Assembly: GCF_009914755.1 (NCBI RefSeq)
Contig: NC_060926.1
Origin: the human T2T-CHM13v2.0 reference genome, Homo sapiens
Reading direction: 5' to 3' (one strand)
Length of the DNA stretch: 64,000 nucleotides
Below are positions 13,736 through 26,047 of the stretch, piece by piece. Both the position numbers and the translations under genes were made by a program. Under the pieces are notes generated by a model. The model worked only from the letters and a program-made list of their open reading frames with translations. It had not been told where the DNA came from and made no database searches. The stretch's first letter is position 1. Every line of letters starts with the position of its first letter.

Positions 13736-16039
13736 CTGCTATGAGGTCCATCCTCCTCTTTATTTGCTAATGGTAGCCTGGGATTACTTTGGGTTCATTC
13801 CAAAGCACAATGTTAACTTTTGTACTTTAAGGTTCTTAAAAACCTGGAGTGCCAATTTGGTGGCAGTCTCATTTAAGGGCTTTGAATGCCATTCTTGTGG
13901 AATGTATCAGGAGAGTTGAGCTAGGTAATTATCTTAATCCAACTGAAATAGTTGGTCACAGTATACATTAGATGAACATCTTGAATCAAACTTGAATATG
14001 CAGTCAACCTGAACAAAATGAGCTCAGTCACAGAGGGCCAGATTTCTTAATTAGTTCTCAGTGGCAAGAACATTTTATGTTTCCAAAAGTCAAGTACAAA
14101 TTCTACAAGTGACACAATTCAAGAAGACTTCATAAGAGCGAAGTAAACAGGGCCTCCCACTGTCATTGGCAGCATCTGAAGCCATATTCATTTATTTCTC
14201 ACTGTTAGTGCTCTTAGAAGCACCAACATGCTATAATAAAAAAGTAATGGTGAACTTTATTGAGGTATTATTAAATCAAGTAACACAGTGCAGCCCCTTC
14301 TGCTTGACCTTTGGCAGGCGGTTCTCGCCTTTTTTCTTTCTTCCTTTTCTCATTCTCCCTCATCCCATTTCTGTCAAAAGAAGCATATTGTGTATACAAA
14401 TCCATCTTACTACATCTTATTCACTTAATCCTTTTACACACATGTATTATTTAAAAGTGGAAAGAATTTTAAAAGGCAAGAAATAAAATATAAATAATTT
14501 TTTTGTTTTTGTTTGGTTTTGCTTTATTTGATGTAGGATAAATTATTTGTACTTTAGAGACTGTATTTATAAATGTTAGGAACAGAATGTGGTGGTACAA
14601 TGTGTTGACACTTTAAAAAAAATTACTATTCATGCTAATAATGAATGCAAGCCTCCCTTCCAAGGCTCAAATCCACATCTCTTGAAACTTCACTGGGGAA
14701 ATAATAATCTACCAGTAGTCAATGCTGTAAGTTACCAAATTTTTCCGTCTTCATTTATACCAGTGTCAGCCTCTCTTTCTAGGTTTACCTTCTCCCAGTC
14801 TTATATAGGTAAATTGGGAAATTGCTATTATCTGTGTTAGCAGGATACCATTATAGCAACAGCATCTCCTATGCTTGATAAGAAAATACACACATAATCA
14901 AAGGAAATTTAATGAGTATTACATATCTTTAATTTCATAGTTCTCTGAAGGTTTAGAATATTTTAGTACTTAGTTTTCAGCTTATTGAAATTTAGTTTTC
15001 AGTTTTTAGTCTTACAGTTTAATTGAATTGTGTGAATGGTTTACATTTCTCTTATGGATCTGAAAAGATCCACTCCTCTCATATTCACATGCTAAATGAC
15101 CCAAATAGCTGGATTTCCTCTTGCCTAAGTATTGAAAACTAATCATTCTGGTAGAGAGTTTGAAACTCCATGTAAATAACATTTTTAATGAGAAACAAAA
15201 AATTGTACTTATATTTTTTTATTAGCATTTATTTGGCAATATCCAGGAAATCCTTTGGCATTTATTAGAAAATAATTAACATTATCTTGAGACATTTTTT
15301 TCATTGCAAAACATCTTACTTTGAGAAACCAAATAGCTCTTGACAGTGCTAATACCTCTTCATCCAGGTAGAAATGTGAATGAAAGAACTGAGCTCTGCC
15401 CAACTTAATGGGTAACAGAAGAAAAATAATTATAGGTATCCATTAAAAATCACACTTAGTATCTAGAAAAGAAAGTAGCATGTCAAAATAAAGCTGCATG
15501 TTTCCCTTCTGATCTAATTTCAGCTTTTTCTCCTTGCCATCTGGTTGGTAAATGTGACTATGTTTGATATCATTTCACCTCTAAGCCTTCAATTCATGCC
15601 CAATTTCCTACTCCCAGTTACTCCAGCCCTTCCCAGCAAATCATGCCTTTCACCCATGAGGAACAGATAATCAAACCAGAAGAAAATTGGTGGGCTGCTA
15701 CTGGTTAAACTTGAACAATACAAACATCGAAAAGAATAAGAATTGTAATTGGTTTATACGACTTAATATATAAAAATCTATAATCCTATAGTGATGCATT
15801 TTTAGTGAACAATTTAAAAAATCTCCTTCTTGCTACTATTGGAGGTGACTTTAAAACCATTTTCTTACTCTGAAATATGGTAATTTAAGGGAAAGATTCA
15901 AGCACATATCTTGCTTTTGCAGTAGAAACCATCTTTGAGGGTAGCCACAGAACCCCCGAGAGAATGTGCTAATACATTTAGAAGGAATGATGTAAAATAT
16001 GTCAACAACAAGAAAAGCAGACTGTTAATAATTTTAAAA

Positions 16040-16130
16040 CCTAGAATATATTAGTTTATGGTTATATGGGTGTTCATTATACAATTATCTCATCTTTTCC
16101 ATATGTTTGAAATTTTTCGTAATTAAAAAA
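16040..16130 (+). mobile_element. Short L1M 3' terminal fragment
   Basis: ATGGTTATATGGGTGTTCATTATACAATT..TATGTTTGAAATTTTTCGTAATTAAAAAA. Confidence 0.5.
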
Positions 16131-16763
16131 ATTGCCACCATGCCAACAAGCAGAAAATAAAATTATAAAGATGGTTACTTGAGTTAAAAAGACAAACTTT
16201 TATAACACATGCTTTCCGTATTTCAAAACCTCAATTAAAATTACCAGCCTTATTATGAAAAGTTTCTGCAGGAGATAGGGGAAGCATGAAGGTTTAGGCA
16301 AAATCATCTCTTCCCCTAATCCAGTAAATCAAATAACCATGTTTCAATAGGGAAGGATGAGTATATCTTTATAGAATAATAAACTCCCCAGAACTCAAAA
16401 TAATAAAAGATTTCTCTTACTGGTATTTTAAAGGTTTATACCCATCTAATAAGAATATAAGACCAAACTCAGTGCCTGCATTTTGTACCCTCTGCTTTGT
16501 CTGTATCTGTAGCAGGAATGATGGACCCAGAAGTCTAGTGCCTTGCGCAGTGTTTGGCTAAAGGTAGCTAGACATCCAGCATTGTTTACCAACATCCCAG
16601 TTTTCAACCCTAGTAGCCTTTCCTCTAAGAAAGCAGAAAAGAAGCCTCCTCCTCTCCAAGAGTATCAGAGGAAATGAAGAAAATGTGGGATATATGTTTA
16701 AATATATACATATTTAAAGACTATTGCAAGTGGAAAAGATTATAACATTAAAAAACCACTCCT

Positions 16764-17125
<362 letters not shown>

Positions 17126-17971
17126 TTACATAGAATACTATATTAGATGCTCTAATGGAAATTTAGTTACAAAGGAAGTTTTAATCAACTTTGTGATGAT
17201 TTGAAAGATTTTTTTATCATATTTCAGAGCTATTGCAGTGGCATTTTCTGAATTTTCTAACCCCTTTATATCCTCATTAATGAAACAGTTAAATTTACCC
17301 TGTATTGTTTAACAAATAATTTAGGTGTTCTCCACCAGTATATAGTGTTTTCTTTGTCATATATTACATACTCACCAGTGACTGTGCCTTACTACTTTCT
17401 TCCGTGGATCAGTCTCATCATAATGTTTTAATTATTTGAGCTCTGTAACATTTTAATGCCTAATAAAACAAGTAATCCCTTTCTCTTTGTTTATTCATCC
17501 AGATGAGATTTAAAATCATTTTGATGATTTCTCTAAGATTATGTTGAGTTTCTAAAACTTGGTTTGTGTTAAATCTGTTCATTGATTTGGAGACTGACAG
17601 ATATAAAAGATGTAAAACTTTTTTACATGTAAGTTTACATATGTTTCTGTAAGTATATCCCCATATTGTCTACATGTATCTATCTAAATGTGTGTATAGA
17701 TATTGGTATACATTTATTTGAAAATACATAGATGTATGTTATATATTTATATGCTTATGTGACATTTGTCAAGGCTAAAATTCTAACTAAATATCATTAT
17801 CAGAAAAAATAAAATGGGGAAAAACATCACAAAATATCCTTCCATTTTACATTATATACATTTAACTGTTTAATTAGGAGCTTGTACCTTAATCAATTGG
17901 TGATTTATTAATAAACAAAATTTGCTCTGGGATTTCAAGGACATATTTTAATCTCACTAATCTTGCAGTTT

Positions 17972-18240
17972 CAGTAGCCTAGAGGTTTAAGGGCTTTGAA
18001 CTGAAACAAATCTCAGTCTGAAGTCTTGCCTCAGACACTTCAATAGCTACATGACTTTAAAGCAATTAGTAAACTTAGAGTTAAGTAACTTCTCTAAGCC
18101 CAATTGCTTCACCATAAAATGGAGATGATAATACCGCCTACCTCTTAGGGTTGTTGTTAGGATTAAATGAGATGATGTGTAAAAATAATAATTCCAGTGC
18201 CTGGTTCATAGTAAGTGCCCCCAAAATGTCAGCTATTATT
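17972..18240 (+). mobile_element. MIR SINE, near full length
   Basis: TAAAATGGAGATGATAATA..CCTACCTCTTAGGGTTGTTGTTAGGATTAAATGAGA..CAGTGCCTGG..CATAGTAAGTGC..AGCTATTATT. Confidence 0.8.
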
Positions 18241-18766
18241 TCAATCTAGCATAAGCTAACACCAAGATTTCAATGTAATTCATAGGCCTTCTCCCAAACA
18301 AAGTTTAGTAACATACAAACAGTGGAAAACAGTCTGAATTTGTTTAACTTGTTTCCCACTTTGAATATTCACTAAAAATAACAGTGAAGTTCTTTGATTC
18401 TCTTTGTGCATCATTTATGGTCTTTGCCTAATTCTTCCTGCATCTCTTTGGCTTTTTTTCCTTGGACTCAGTATCTTGTACTTTTCCAGTCTTGTATTTA
18501 TCTTTCACCTATTCCAATTTTGCCTAACCAGAGAGCAATGTATAAAGTGCCATAAAACTGGCTGAAACATGGGCACGGTAATCCTAGGTTAGCTGTGGCC
18601 ATTCTAAGTTCAATATCTTTACTCTATCTTTTGTTTTTATTTTGTGAAGTCCTTAAGCATGAATTCCCAAGAAACCATGTCTTTAGGGTCTGCTGAATTT
18701 TGTAACCTCATTTCAATGCATATGTGACAGCTATAGACTAAATAGGCTAATGACTATAGGAAAAAA

Positions 18767-19013
18767 TTATTTATTTATTTATTTATTTGAAACAGGGTCT
18801 CACTATGTCGCCCAGGCTGGAGTGCAGTGGCATGATCATGGCTCACTGCAGCCTTGACCCCTCGGACTTAAGCAATCCTCTTGCCTCAGCCTCCTGAGTG
18901 CTGGGACTCTAGGCACGAGCCACCATGTCAGGCTAACTTTTGTATTTTTCGTAGAAACAGGGTTTCACCATGTTGCCCGGGCAAATTGATGAAAGCCACC
19001 ACCATGCCCAGCC
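18767..19013 (-). mobile_element. AluJ with internal left-arm deletion
   Basis: (TTTA)n tail, J-type right arm; left arm jumps from GTTGCCCGGGC to AGCCACC; degraded TSD AGGAAAAAATTATTT / AGGAAAAACTAATTT. Confidence 0.9.
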
Positions 19014-20512
19014 AGGAAAAACTAATTTATTAATTAAAATAATTAAGAGGCTACTGTGGACCAGGCATGTGGTTTATGAAATAAGGTATTTATAAAACAA
19101 GTTTCAATTTGTACATCTATTTAGGAAACAATGCACATGCTTTGGAAATCCCATGTCTTCATTACAATTATTATGAAAGAAGCATTGACTGAGATTGAGT
19201 TCCTGTATATTAATGAAATACCTATTTAATTCATTACTTAAATGAGAAATTAAAACAAATACATTATTACTTTCTGATTGACATTAGAAAACTTTAGTTT
19301 AAACATGATTTTAGCTCGTGTTATCAATAGCAAGAGGATTTTCATTAGCGTATGCATTAAAATGAAATGATATGGGGAGATTTACCCCAGGTACAGAGTT
19401 GTTTGTTTTTTCTACCACTGTAGACAGTAGACTGTTTTCTAAAAAAAAAAATATAACGTGACATAATTCAGGATCATGGAATCAATAAAGTTTTAACCCA
19501 ACTCTTTCTTCAAACTAATGTTTTTAAAAATGTATTCCTGATTGAAAATAAAACTAAGAATTAGCTTAATTTCTTAATTTACATTCCCAAGTTTTCAATT
19601 GCTTAAATTGAATTGATCAAAACTATACTTTTTTTTTTTTTTAACAAACTGGCAGAAACGTTTAAATGCCATAAAACTCAGAGTTCTTGACTACTCTTTT
19701 ATCGAGCAATGGTCCTTAAGTGATGACATTGATTGTCAAAGACATCTTCCAAAAATATAGCAATTTTTGAAAGAGAAACGAGATTGTCTTTTTAAGTAAT
19801 ATAACCCCTGTGCAATTTTCCTTTTTTTTTTTTTTTGACCCTTTTTATTTCCTGAGGGTTTTAAGTAAAGACCTCCAATTTAAAACCGATTATTCCGCAG
19901 GAGCTGCTTTTCCCCCTCCCCCAACTGTAACCTTGCTGTAATCTCTGCCCTGTTATTTTCTGACTTTTTCACTTTGCTTAGCACTGAGCTATAGTTAGGA
20001 TATAACCAAGACAGGTGTGTGAAATATGATGTGATACAATAGTTAGAGCAGATAAGTAATTTAAAACATATTAAATATCAACCTTTTCTTTCTTTTACAC
20101 TGTCAAAATCCAAAAAATTCTTTCTTACTCTGTTTTTGGTGGTGGTGGTGGTTTTCTTTTTAACTGTATGGATTTCTGTGAAGCTACATTTTTAAATAAT
20201 AAAATAATCTCAGAAATTATCATTATTAATGAATCTTTATTTCTTATCTACAAGGTTCACAGCCTTCTATGAAGAGTGTGGAAGAATCACAACAATGAAG
20301 AGAAGATATGTTTCTTGGGGAGCATGTTCAATCTAATTCAAGTAGATACATGGAGTCGTGAAGATAAATTCTGATCACACCGCATTCTGGTCATCATTAC
20401 CTAGTTGAAGAGGTTTATTGGAGAAGAACTATCAGTGTTTTAAAGCAGTGGTCTTCAAACGGGGGCACACAAAGACTTTCCAAGGGGGGTACATAAATAT
20501 AAATAGTTTTAA

Positions 20513-20836
<324 letters not shown>

Positions 20837-21496
20837 ATTTTCGGTTCTTAATATTCAATATGTTCTCCCTAAACTTCCTGAGAAGTTACCAATTGCCTGG
20901 TTTGCCTTTGCCCATCTCCCTCGTTTCCCTCTCATACTTACCCCGGAGCTGAAATTGTACAATGGTGAGCTGCCACAAGTACAACCCACTCCCCTTTCTG
21001 ATACCAAACAAGAGGCAGATGGACCGTTCCTTTAATCAAGGAATCACAAGCAATTGTTTATTCAGAGATAAATTTACAGTTAAATTCTATTTCTTAGGAT
21101 TACTTTTTATCAATATAATCTATTTTTGAGGTTTTGATCAATTGTTTACTACTAATAAAAGTAATGACAACTAAAACCAAACGACATATTTTAACAATGC
21201 ATTGTGTGCATTGTAATAACATTTTTATTATTTTAACCTGAGCATTATGGTCACAGGAAAATTTTAAACTAAATTTACGTATATATTGCTGCAAAGAATT
21301 ATGATAGGGTGATCAATAAAGATTTTCAAGCATAAACGTATATTACTTTAGGGTAACATTCTATAGGGGAAGTGGAATGAAAATACAATTTCAAGGACAA
21401 AAATTTCTAACTTTGTTTTTTAATGAATAATGAGTCTCAACTTGTTATAGTATTTTTATCTCATTAAAGACATTTAACAGAATGGTGTAACATTTA

Positions 21497-21583
21497 ATTT
21501 TATTTATTTATTTTTTATTATACTTTAAGTTCTAGGGTACATGTGCACAACGTGCAGGTTTGTTACATATGTATACATGTGCA
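21497..21583 (-). mobile_element. Severely 5'-truncated L1PA 3' end
   Basis: TTATTATACTTTAAGTTCTAGGGTACATGTGCACAACGTGCAGGTTTGTTACATATGTATACATGTGC is the primate L1PA terminus. Confidence 0.88.
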
Positions 21584-22729
21584 TATTTATAACATTCCAG
21601 AAATTGGCATCTTTTGAAATTAATTATATAAAATATATGTTATACATGTGCTAAGGTGTGCATAATTAACATTCATTTGGTGACATTAGAGCAAAACATT
21701 GGAAAACCTCTGTTCTAAAGGATAGTTTCTGCTTGGTAGTTAAGTCATTTCTTCTAATATTTAAAAAATCTGGCTCTAGTAATAATATATTGCAGTAATT
21801 TCATGATAAAACAAAAGAAAATCCCTATCATGAAACTTTCAAGGGAGTCCAAGCTGATCTGAACCTGTATTGAAGGATGCGAGAGCATAATTCATCAATG
21901 GGTTGGCGGAATATGGATTCATTTTCTACTTTTAGTCATTTCAGCTGGATGTAATAAACTGCTTTCTCTCTAAATGCAGCTTTGTCACACTTGTTCTCGC
22001 TAGTTACGGGTTGCTAGTTGCTAGTTTCCTGTTGCCGCTTTTAGTTTTAGAGTGACAGCCTAGCTCAATTTATCAATCACTACAATACCAGTTTTCGGGG
22101 GCAAATGGGCAGCACTGTGAAGTCTGAGAGTGGGGTGTTACTGGAACCAGGTTGTAAACAACAAAATGTTACTTTCAAAATCTCTGGGTTGGAAATAAAA
22201 AGTCAATAACAACCTGCTGCTCAACATCTTATGTCAATTTCTGGGACTAAATGAAAGAATATAATGTTTATAGAGAAGAAAATCAACAATAAATGACTTG
22301 TGTAAATAATAATTGGTATATATACATATACTACCCTCTTAGCTATCTTGGGCAATGTAATTATAACACATCAGAAGAAGAATTAAAATTCATATGGCTA
22401 GGCAAAATGTTTTAAGATAAATAGGTAATCCTTGAGGATTAACAACACTCTTCCAATTTAAGGGAAAAAAAGTTGTCTCATAACGAATGTTACAGTCAGT
22501 TGCCTGAGTTAGTGTTTCCCATAAAATGCAACTCCCAGAAATACTCCTGAAAAGAGAAGAATCTACAGCTTGCAACACTATAATGTACTTTTTCTGAGTC
22601 TTGATTTCTCTAGAAATTAAAACATTCAGTTTGGAAATATGGGGCAAGACCAGATTGTAAACTGCAAATTGTTAAATACTTCAAAAGAAAGAAACAATAC
22701 AATAAGTTGGTTATGTAAATTGGATTATA

Positions 22730-22972
22730 CTAGTGGCAGAATGAAAAGTGAACTAGAAGCAGCCACAGAAGAAACAAGAAGGCTGTTGGAAGGAACTGCT
22801 GTAGTCTAGATAAGGGGTGACGATAGTTTAGTCTAGGGTGTGGCAGTGGAGAACAGGGAGAATGGAAAGGTTTAAGAGCTATCTGACAGATGAAATGGAA
22901 GGAAATTGATGATGAGTGGAGAAAGATATGTGAGGATGGTCATGTCAAAAGTTACTCTCAGGATTTTGGCTT
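22730..22972 (-). mobile_element. L2 fragment
   Basis: Purine-rich CTGCTGTAGTCTAGATAAG..CTAGGGTGTGGCAGTGGAG..GTCAAAAGTTACTCTCAGGATTTTGGCTT, reverse L2. Confidence 0.65.
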
Positions 22973-23224
22973 AATTCTAAAGTAAGAAATGATGCTTTAA
23001 AAAATGTTTTTCCTCATAGATAGTCTTAATGTTCTCATACATGTGGATAAATTGCCAGGTGTATTCTCTTCAAGTAAAGACAACTTTAGAGGGCACACGT
23101 TTAGATTTTTGCAAATTATGTTCCCTCAACAGGTGTTTTAAGAGCTCCAAGAGGCACTACGTAATAAAGTAGAAAGGTGATACAATTGCGAAGTTAAAAA
23201 ATGCAAGTTGCAATGCAGTTTCTA

Positions 23225-23440
23225 TGGTATGACCACATTTAATTTAAGCCCTAAAGCTCTGTATTTGCACATGGACATCTATGATATACATAGAAAAGTT
23301 CTTAAAGGAGACTTGAAACTGTTAAAAGTGGTTATATTGGGGAAAAGAAAGGAATGGGAGTTAATGAAGGTGACAATTTAATTACCATCTATACCTCTGT
23401 ATTGTTAGAATTCTTAACAGTAAAACATATATATCTACAG
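23225..23440 (+). mobile_element. L1ME4-like 3' fragment
   Basis: CATAGAAAAG..AAACTGTTAAAAGTGGTTAT..GGGG..TATACCTCTGTATTGTTAGAATT. Confidence 0.5.
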
Positions 23441-23609
23441 TTAAGATAAAACAGAACAAAAAGAGTGATATAAAGTTGTCTTATTGTCTTTGGTGAAAGA
23501 CAATATACTAAATGTCTTGGACAACTGGTGTAAGTAAGTGCCAGGCATATTGGTAAGGTCAGAGGTGTGCAAATGATTACATTATTTCTTATTACTAGCA
23601 TCCTGGGAT

Positions 23610-23730
23610 AGAGAGAGAAGGTCTGTGCTCAGGCAGTGGACGTGGATTCTAACTGTTACTATGCTGCTTGATATCACAGGACTCTGGGCCACTCAATTCA
23701 TCCTCAGGTTCTCAGGTTCCTTATCTGTTA
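23610..23730 (+). mobile_element. Degenerate MIR
   Basis: GGACGTGGATTCTAA..CTCAGGTTCCTTATCTGT, weak core match. Confidence 0.4.
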
Positions 23731-23816
23731 CATTAGAAGGTCAGGCTAAATCAGGGGTGGCAAGCCAATTAGCATGGCCCCCATTCTCCAAACTCTCACT
23801 CTTGGTAGGTATTTCT

Positions 23817-23932
23817 TTTTTTCTTCTTTTCTTTTTTTTTTTTTTTTTTTTTTTTGAGACGGAGTCTTGCTCTGTCACCCAGGCTGGAGTGCAGTGGTAC
23901 GATCTCGTCTCACTGCAAGCTCCGCCTCCTGG
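23817..23932 (-). mobile_element. 5'-truncated AluY (3' part of right arm)
   Basis: Y diagnostic CTGCAAGCTCCGCC; long T tail; TSD TTGGTAGGTATTTC(T) at 23802-23816 and 23933-23946. Confidence 0.92.
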
Positions 23933-23946
23933 TTGGTAGGTATTTC

Positions 23947-25405
23947 TGTGTCCGGAATTGGTGGGTTCTTGGTCTCACTGACTTCAAGAATGAAGCCGCG
24001 GACCCTAGCGGTGAGTGTTACAGTTCTTAAAGGCGGTGTGTCCGGAGTTTGTTCCTTCTGATGTTCAGATGTGTTCGGAGTTTCTTCCTTCTGGTGGGTT
24101 TGTGGTCTCGCTGGCTCAGGAGTGAAGCTGCAGGCCTTCGCGGTGAGTGTTACAGCTCTTAAGGCGGCACTTCTGGAGTTGTTCGTTCCTCCCGGTGGGA
24201 TCGTGGTCTCGCTGGCTTCAGGAGTGAAGCTGCAGACCTTCACGGTGAGTGTTACAGCTCGTAAAGGCAGTGTGGACCCAAAGAGTGAGCAGTAGCAAGA
24301 TTTATTGCAAAGAGCAAAAGAACAAAGCTTCCACAGTGTGGAAGGGGACCCAAGGGGGTTGCCACTGCTGGCTCCGGCAGCCTGCTTTTATTCTCTTATC
24401 TGCCCCCACCCCCCGACATCCTGCTGATTGGTAGAGCCGAGTGGCCTGTTTTGATAGGGTGCTGATTGGTGCATTTACAATCCCTGAGCTAGACACAAAG
24501 GTTCTCCACCTCCCCACTAGATTAGCTAGATACAGAGTGTCACACAAAGGTTCTCCAAGGCCCCACCAGAGTAGCTAGATACCGAGTGTGGATTGGTGCA
24601 TTCGCAAACCCTGAGCTAGACACAGGGTGCTGATTGGTATGTTTACAAACCTTGAGCTAGATACAGAGTGCCGATTTGTGTATTTACAATCCCTGAGCTA
24701 GACATAAAGGTTCTCCAGGTCCCCACCAGACTCAGGAGCCCAGTTGGCTTCACCCAGTGGATCCCGCACTGGGGCTGCAGGTGGAGCTGCCTGCCAGTCC
24801 CGCGCCCTGCGCCTGCACTCCTCAGCCCTTGGGTGGTCGATGGGACTGGGCGCCGTGGAGCACGGGGCAGTGCTCATCGGGGAGGCTCGGGCGGCACAGG
24901 AGCCCATGGAGGGGGTGGGAGGCTCAGGCATGGCGGGCTGCAGGTCCCAAGTCCTGCCCCGCGGGAAGGCAGCTAAGACACCGAGAAATCACCTAAGATT
25001 TCTTGGTGAGAAATCGAGAGCTGCGCCGGTGGGCTGGCACTGCTGGGGCACCCAGTACACCCTCCGCAGCCGCTGGCCCGGGTGCTAAGCCCCTCATTGC
25101 CCGGGGCTGGCAGGGCCGGCTGGCTGTTCCGAGTGCGGGGCCCGCCAAGCCCACGCCCACCCGGAACTCCAGCTGGCCCGCAAGCGCCGCGCGCAGCCGC
25201 GGTTCCCGCGCTCGCGCTTCTCCCTCCACACCTCCCTGCAAGCTGAGGGAGCCGGCTCTGGCCTTGGCCAGCCCAGAAAGGGGCTTCCACAGTGCAGCGG
25301 TGGGCTGAAGGGCTCCTCAAGTGCCGCCAAAGTGGGAGCCCAGGCAGAGGAGGCGCCGAGAGCGAGCGAGGGCTGTGAGGACTGCCAGCACGCTGTCACC
25401 TCTCA
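23947..25405 (-). mobile_element. LTR12C (ERV9) solo LTR, complete
   Basis: Ends TGTGTCCGGAATTGGTGGG..CACGCTGTCACCTCTCA; U5 repeats GGTGAGTGTTACAG; U3 repeats CTGATTGGT/CCCTGAGCTAGA; CpG-rich U3; 4-bp TSD TTTC (23943-23946 / 25406-25409). Confidence 0.97.
24376..24720 (-). promoter_or_regulatory. LTR12C U3 enhancer/promoter core (CCAAT array and AATAAAA TATA-like box), oriented leftward
   Basis: Repeated GATTGG (NF-Y CCAAT on minus strand) near 24426, 24464, 24590 and 24632; GGCAGCCTGCTTTTATT is the reverse of AATAAAAGCAGGCTGCC. Activity not shown. Confidence 0.6.
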
Positions 25406-25510
25406 TTTCTAACCCATCATGGCTCTCTTTCTGCTGAGACGAGATCTACCAATTGGAGTTGGCACCCTAGAAGAAAGGTATTTGTCATCACAGATCACAG
25501 ATTACCTGGA

Positions 25511-25675
25511 GAGGCATAGTAGCCTGTTAGAAAGAGCATAGGCCTTGGAGACAGGCAAACCTGGATTACATTTTTCAGTGCCATTTACTGAGCTGTGTAA
25601 ATTCAGACAAATGAATTAACCTCTCGGAGCTTCAGTTCTTTCATCTGTAAAATAGATACGATACTTCCTACCTCA
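25511..25675 (+). mobile_element. MIR SINE (5' part), abutting a MaLR LTR
   Basis: GAAAGAGCATAGGCCTTGGAG..TTAACCTCTCGGAGCTTCAGTT..TCATCTGTAAAAT..CCTACCTCA. Confidence 0.8.
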
Positions 25676-26047
25676 GTAGTTTGAATGTGTCCCCTCCAAA
25701 ATTCAAGTGTTGCCATTTTGATAGTGTTAACAGGAGAATTTAATTACACTCAGATTTAAAAAAAGGTATTAAGAAGTGGGGCCTGAAAGAGGTGATTAGG
25801 CCATGAGGACACCTTCTTCATTAATGGGATTAAATCCCTTATTAGAGAGCCTTCACAAAGCATTTGGCTAGCTTGCTCTTCTGCTTTCTGCCATATAAGG
25901 TCTTATCAAGAAGGCCCTCAACAGACCAAGTGCTGGCAACTTGATCTTGAATTTCATAGCTTCCAGAACTGTGAGAAATGAACTTGTGTTCGTTATAAAT
26001 TACTCAATCTCAGTGTTTTGTTATAGCCACACTAACAGACTAAGGCC
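25676..26047 (+). mobile_element. MaLR LTR (MSTD/MLT1A-like)
   Basis: GTTTGAATGTGTCCCCTCCAAAATTCA, GAGGTGATTAGGCCATGAGG, CCAGAACTGTGAGAAAT, TTTTGTTATAGC..AACAGACTAAG. Confidence 0.8.

Larger units (their letters stand above)
23752..25493. mobile_element. MER117-like hAT MITE split by AluY and LTR12C (own sequence 23752-23816 and 25406-25493)
   Basis: Termini CAGGGGTGGCAA / TTTGTCATCACAG; rejoined body ATCATGGCTCTCTTTCTGCTGAG..CTACCAATTGGAGTTGGCAC matches the MER117 consensus as I recall it. Confidence 0.55.

Noticed and set aside
24668-25399. Many overlapping 77-115 aa ORFs and a CpG island suggesting a gene start
   Set aside because: They lie entirely within the GC-rich U3 of LTR12C; stop codons are scarce because of base composition.
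25728-25775. About 35-bp insert with an A-run inside the MaLR LTR as a mini retrocopy
   Set aside because: The putative TSD is too degenerate and the source is unidentifiable.
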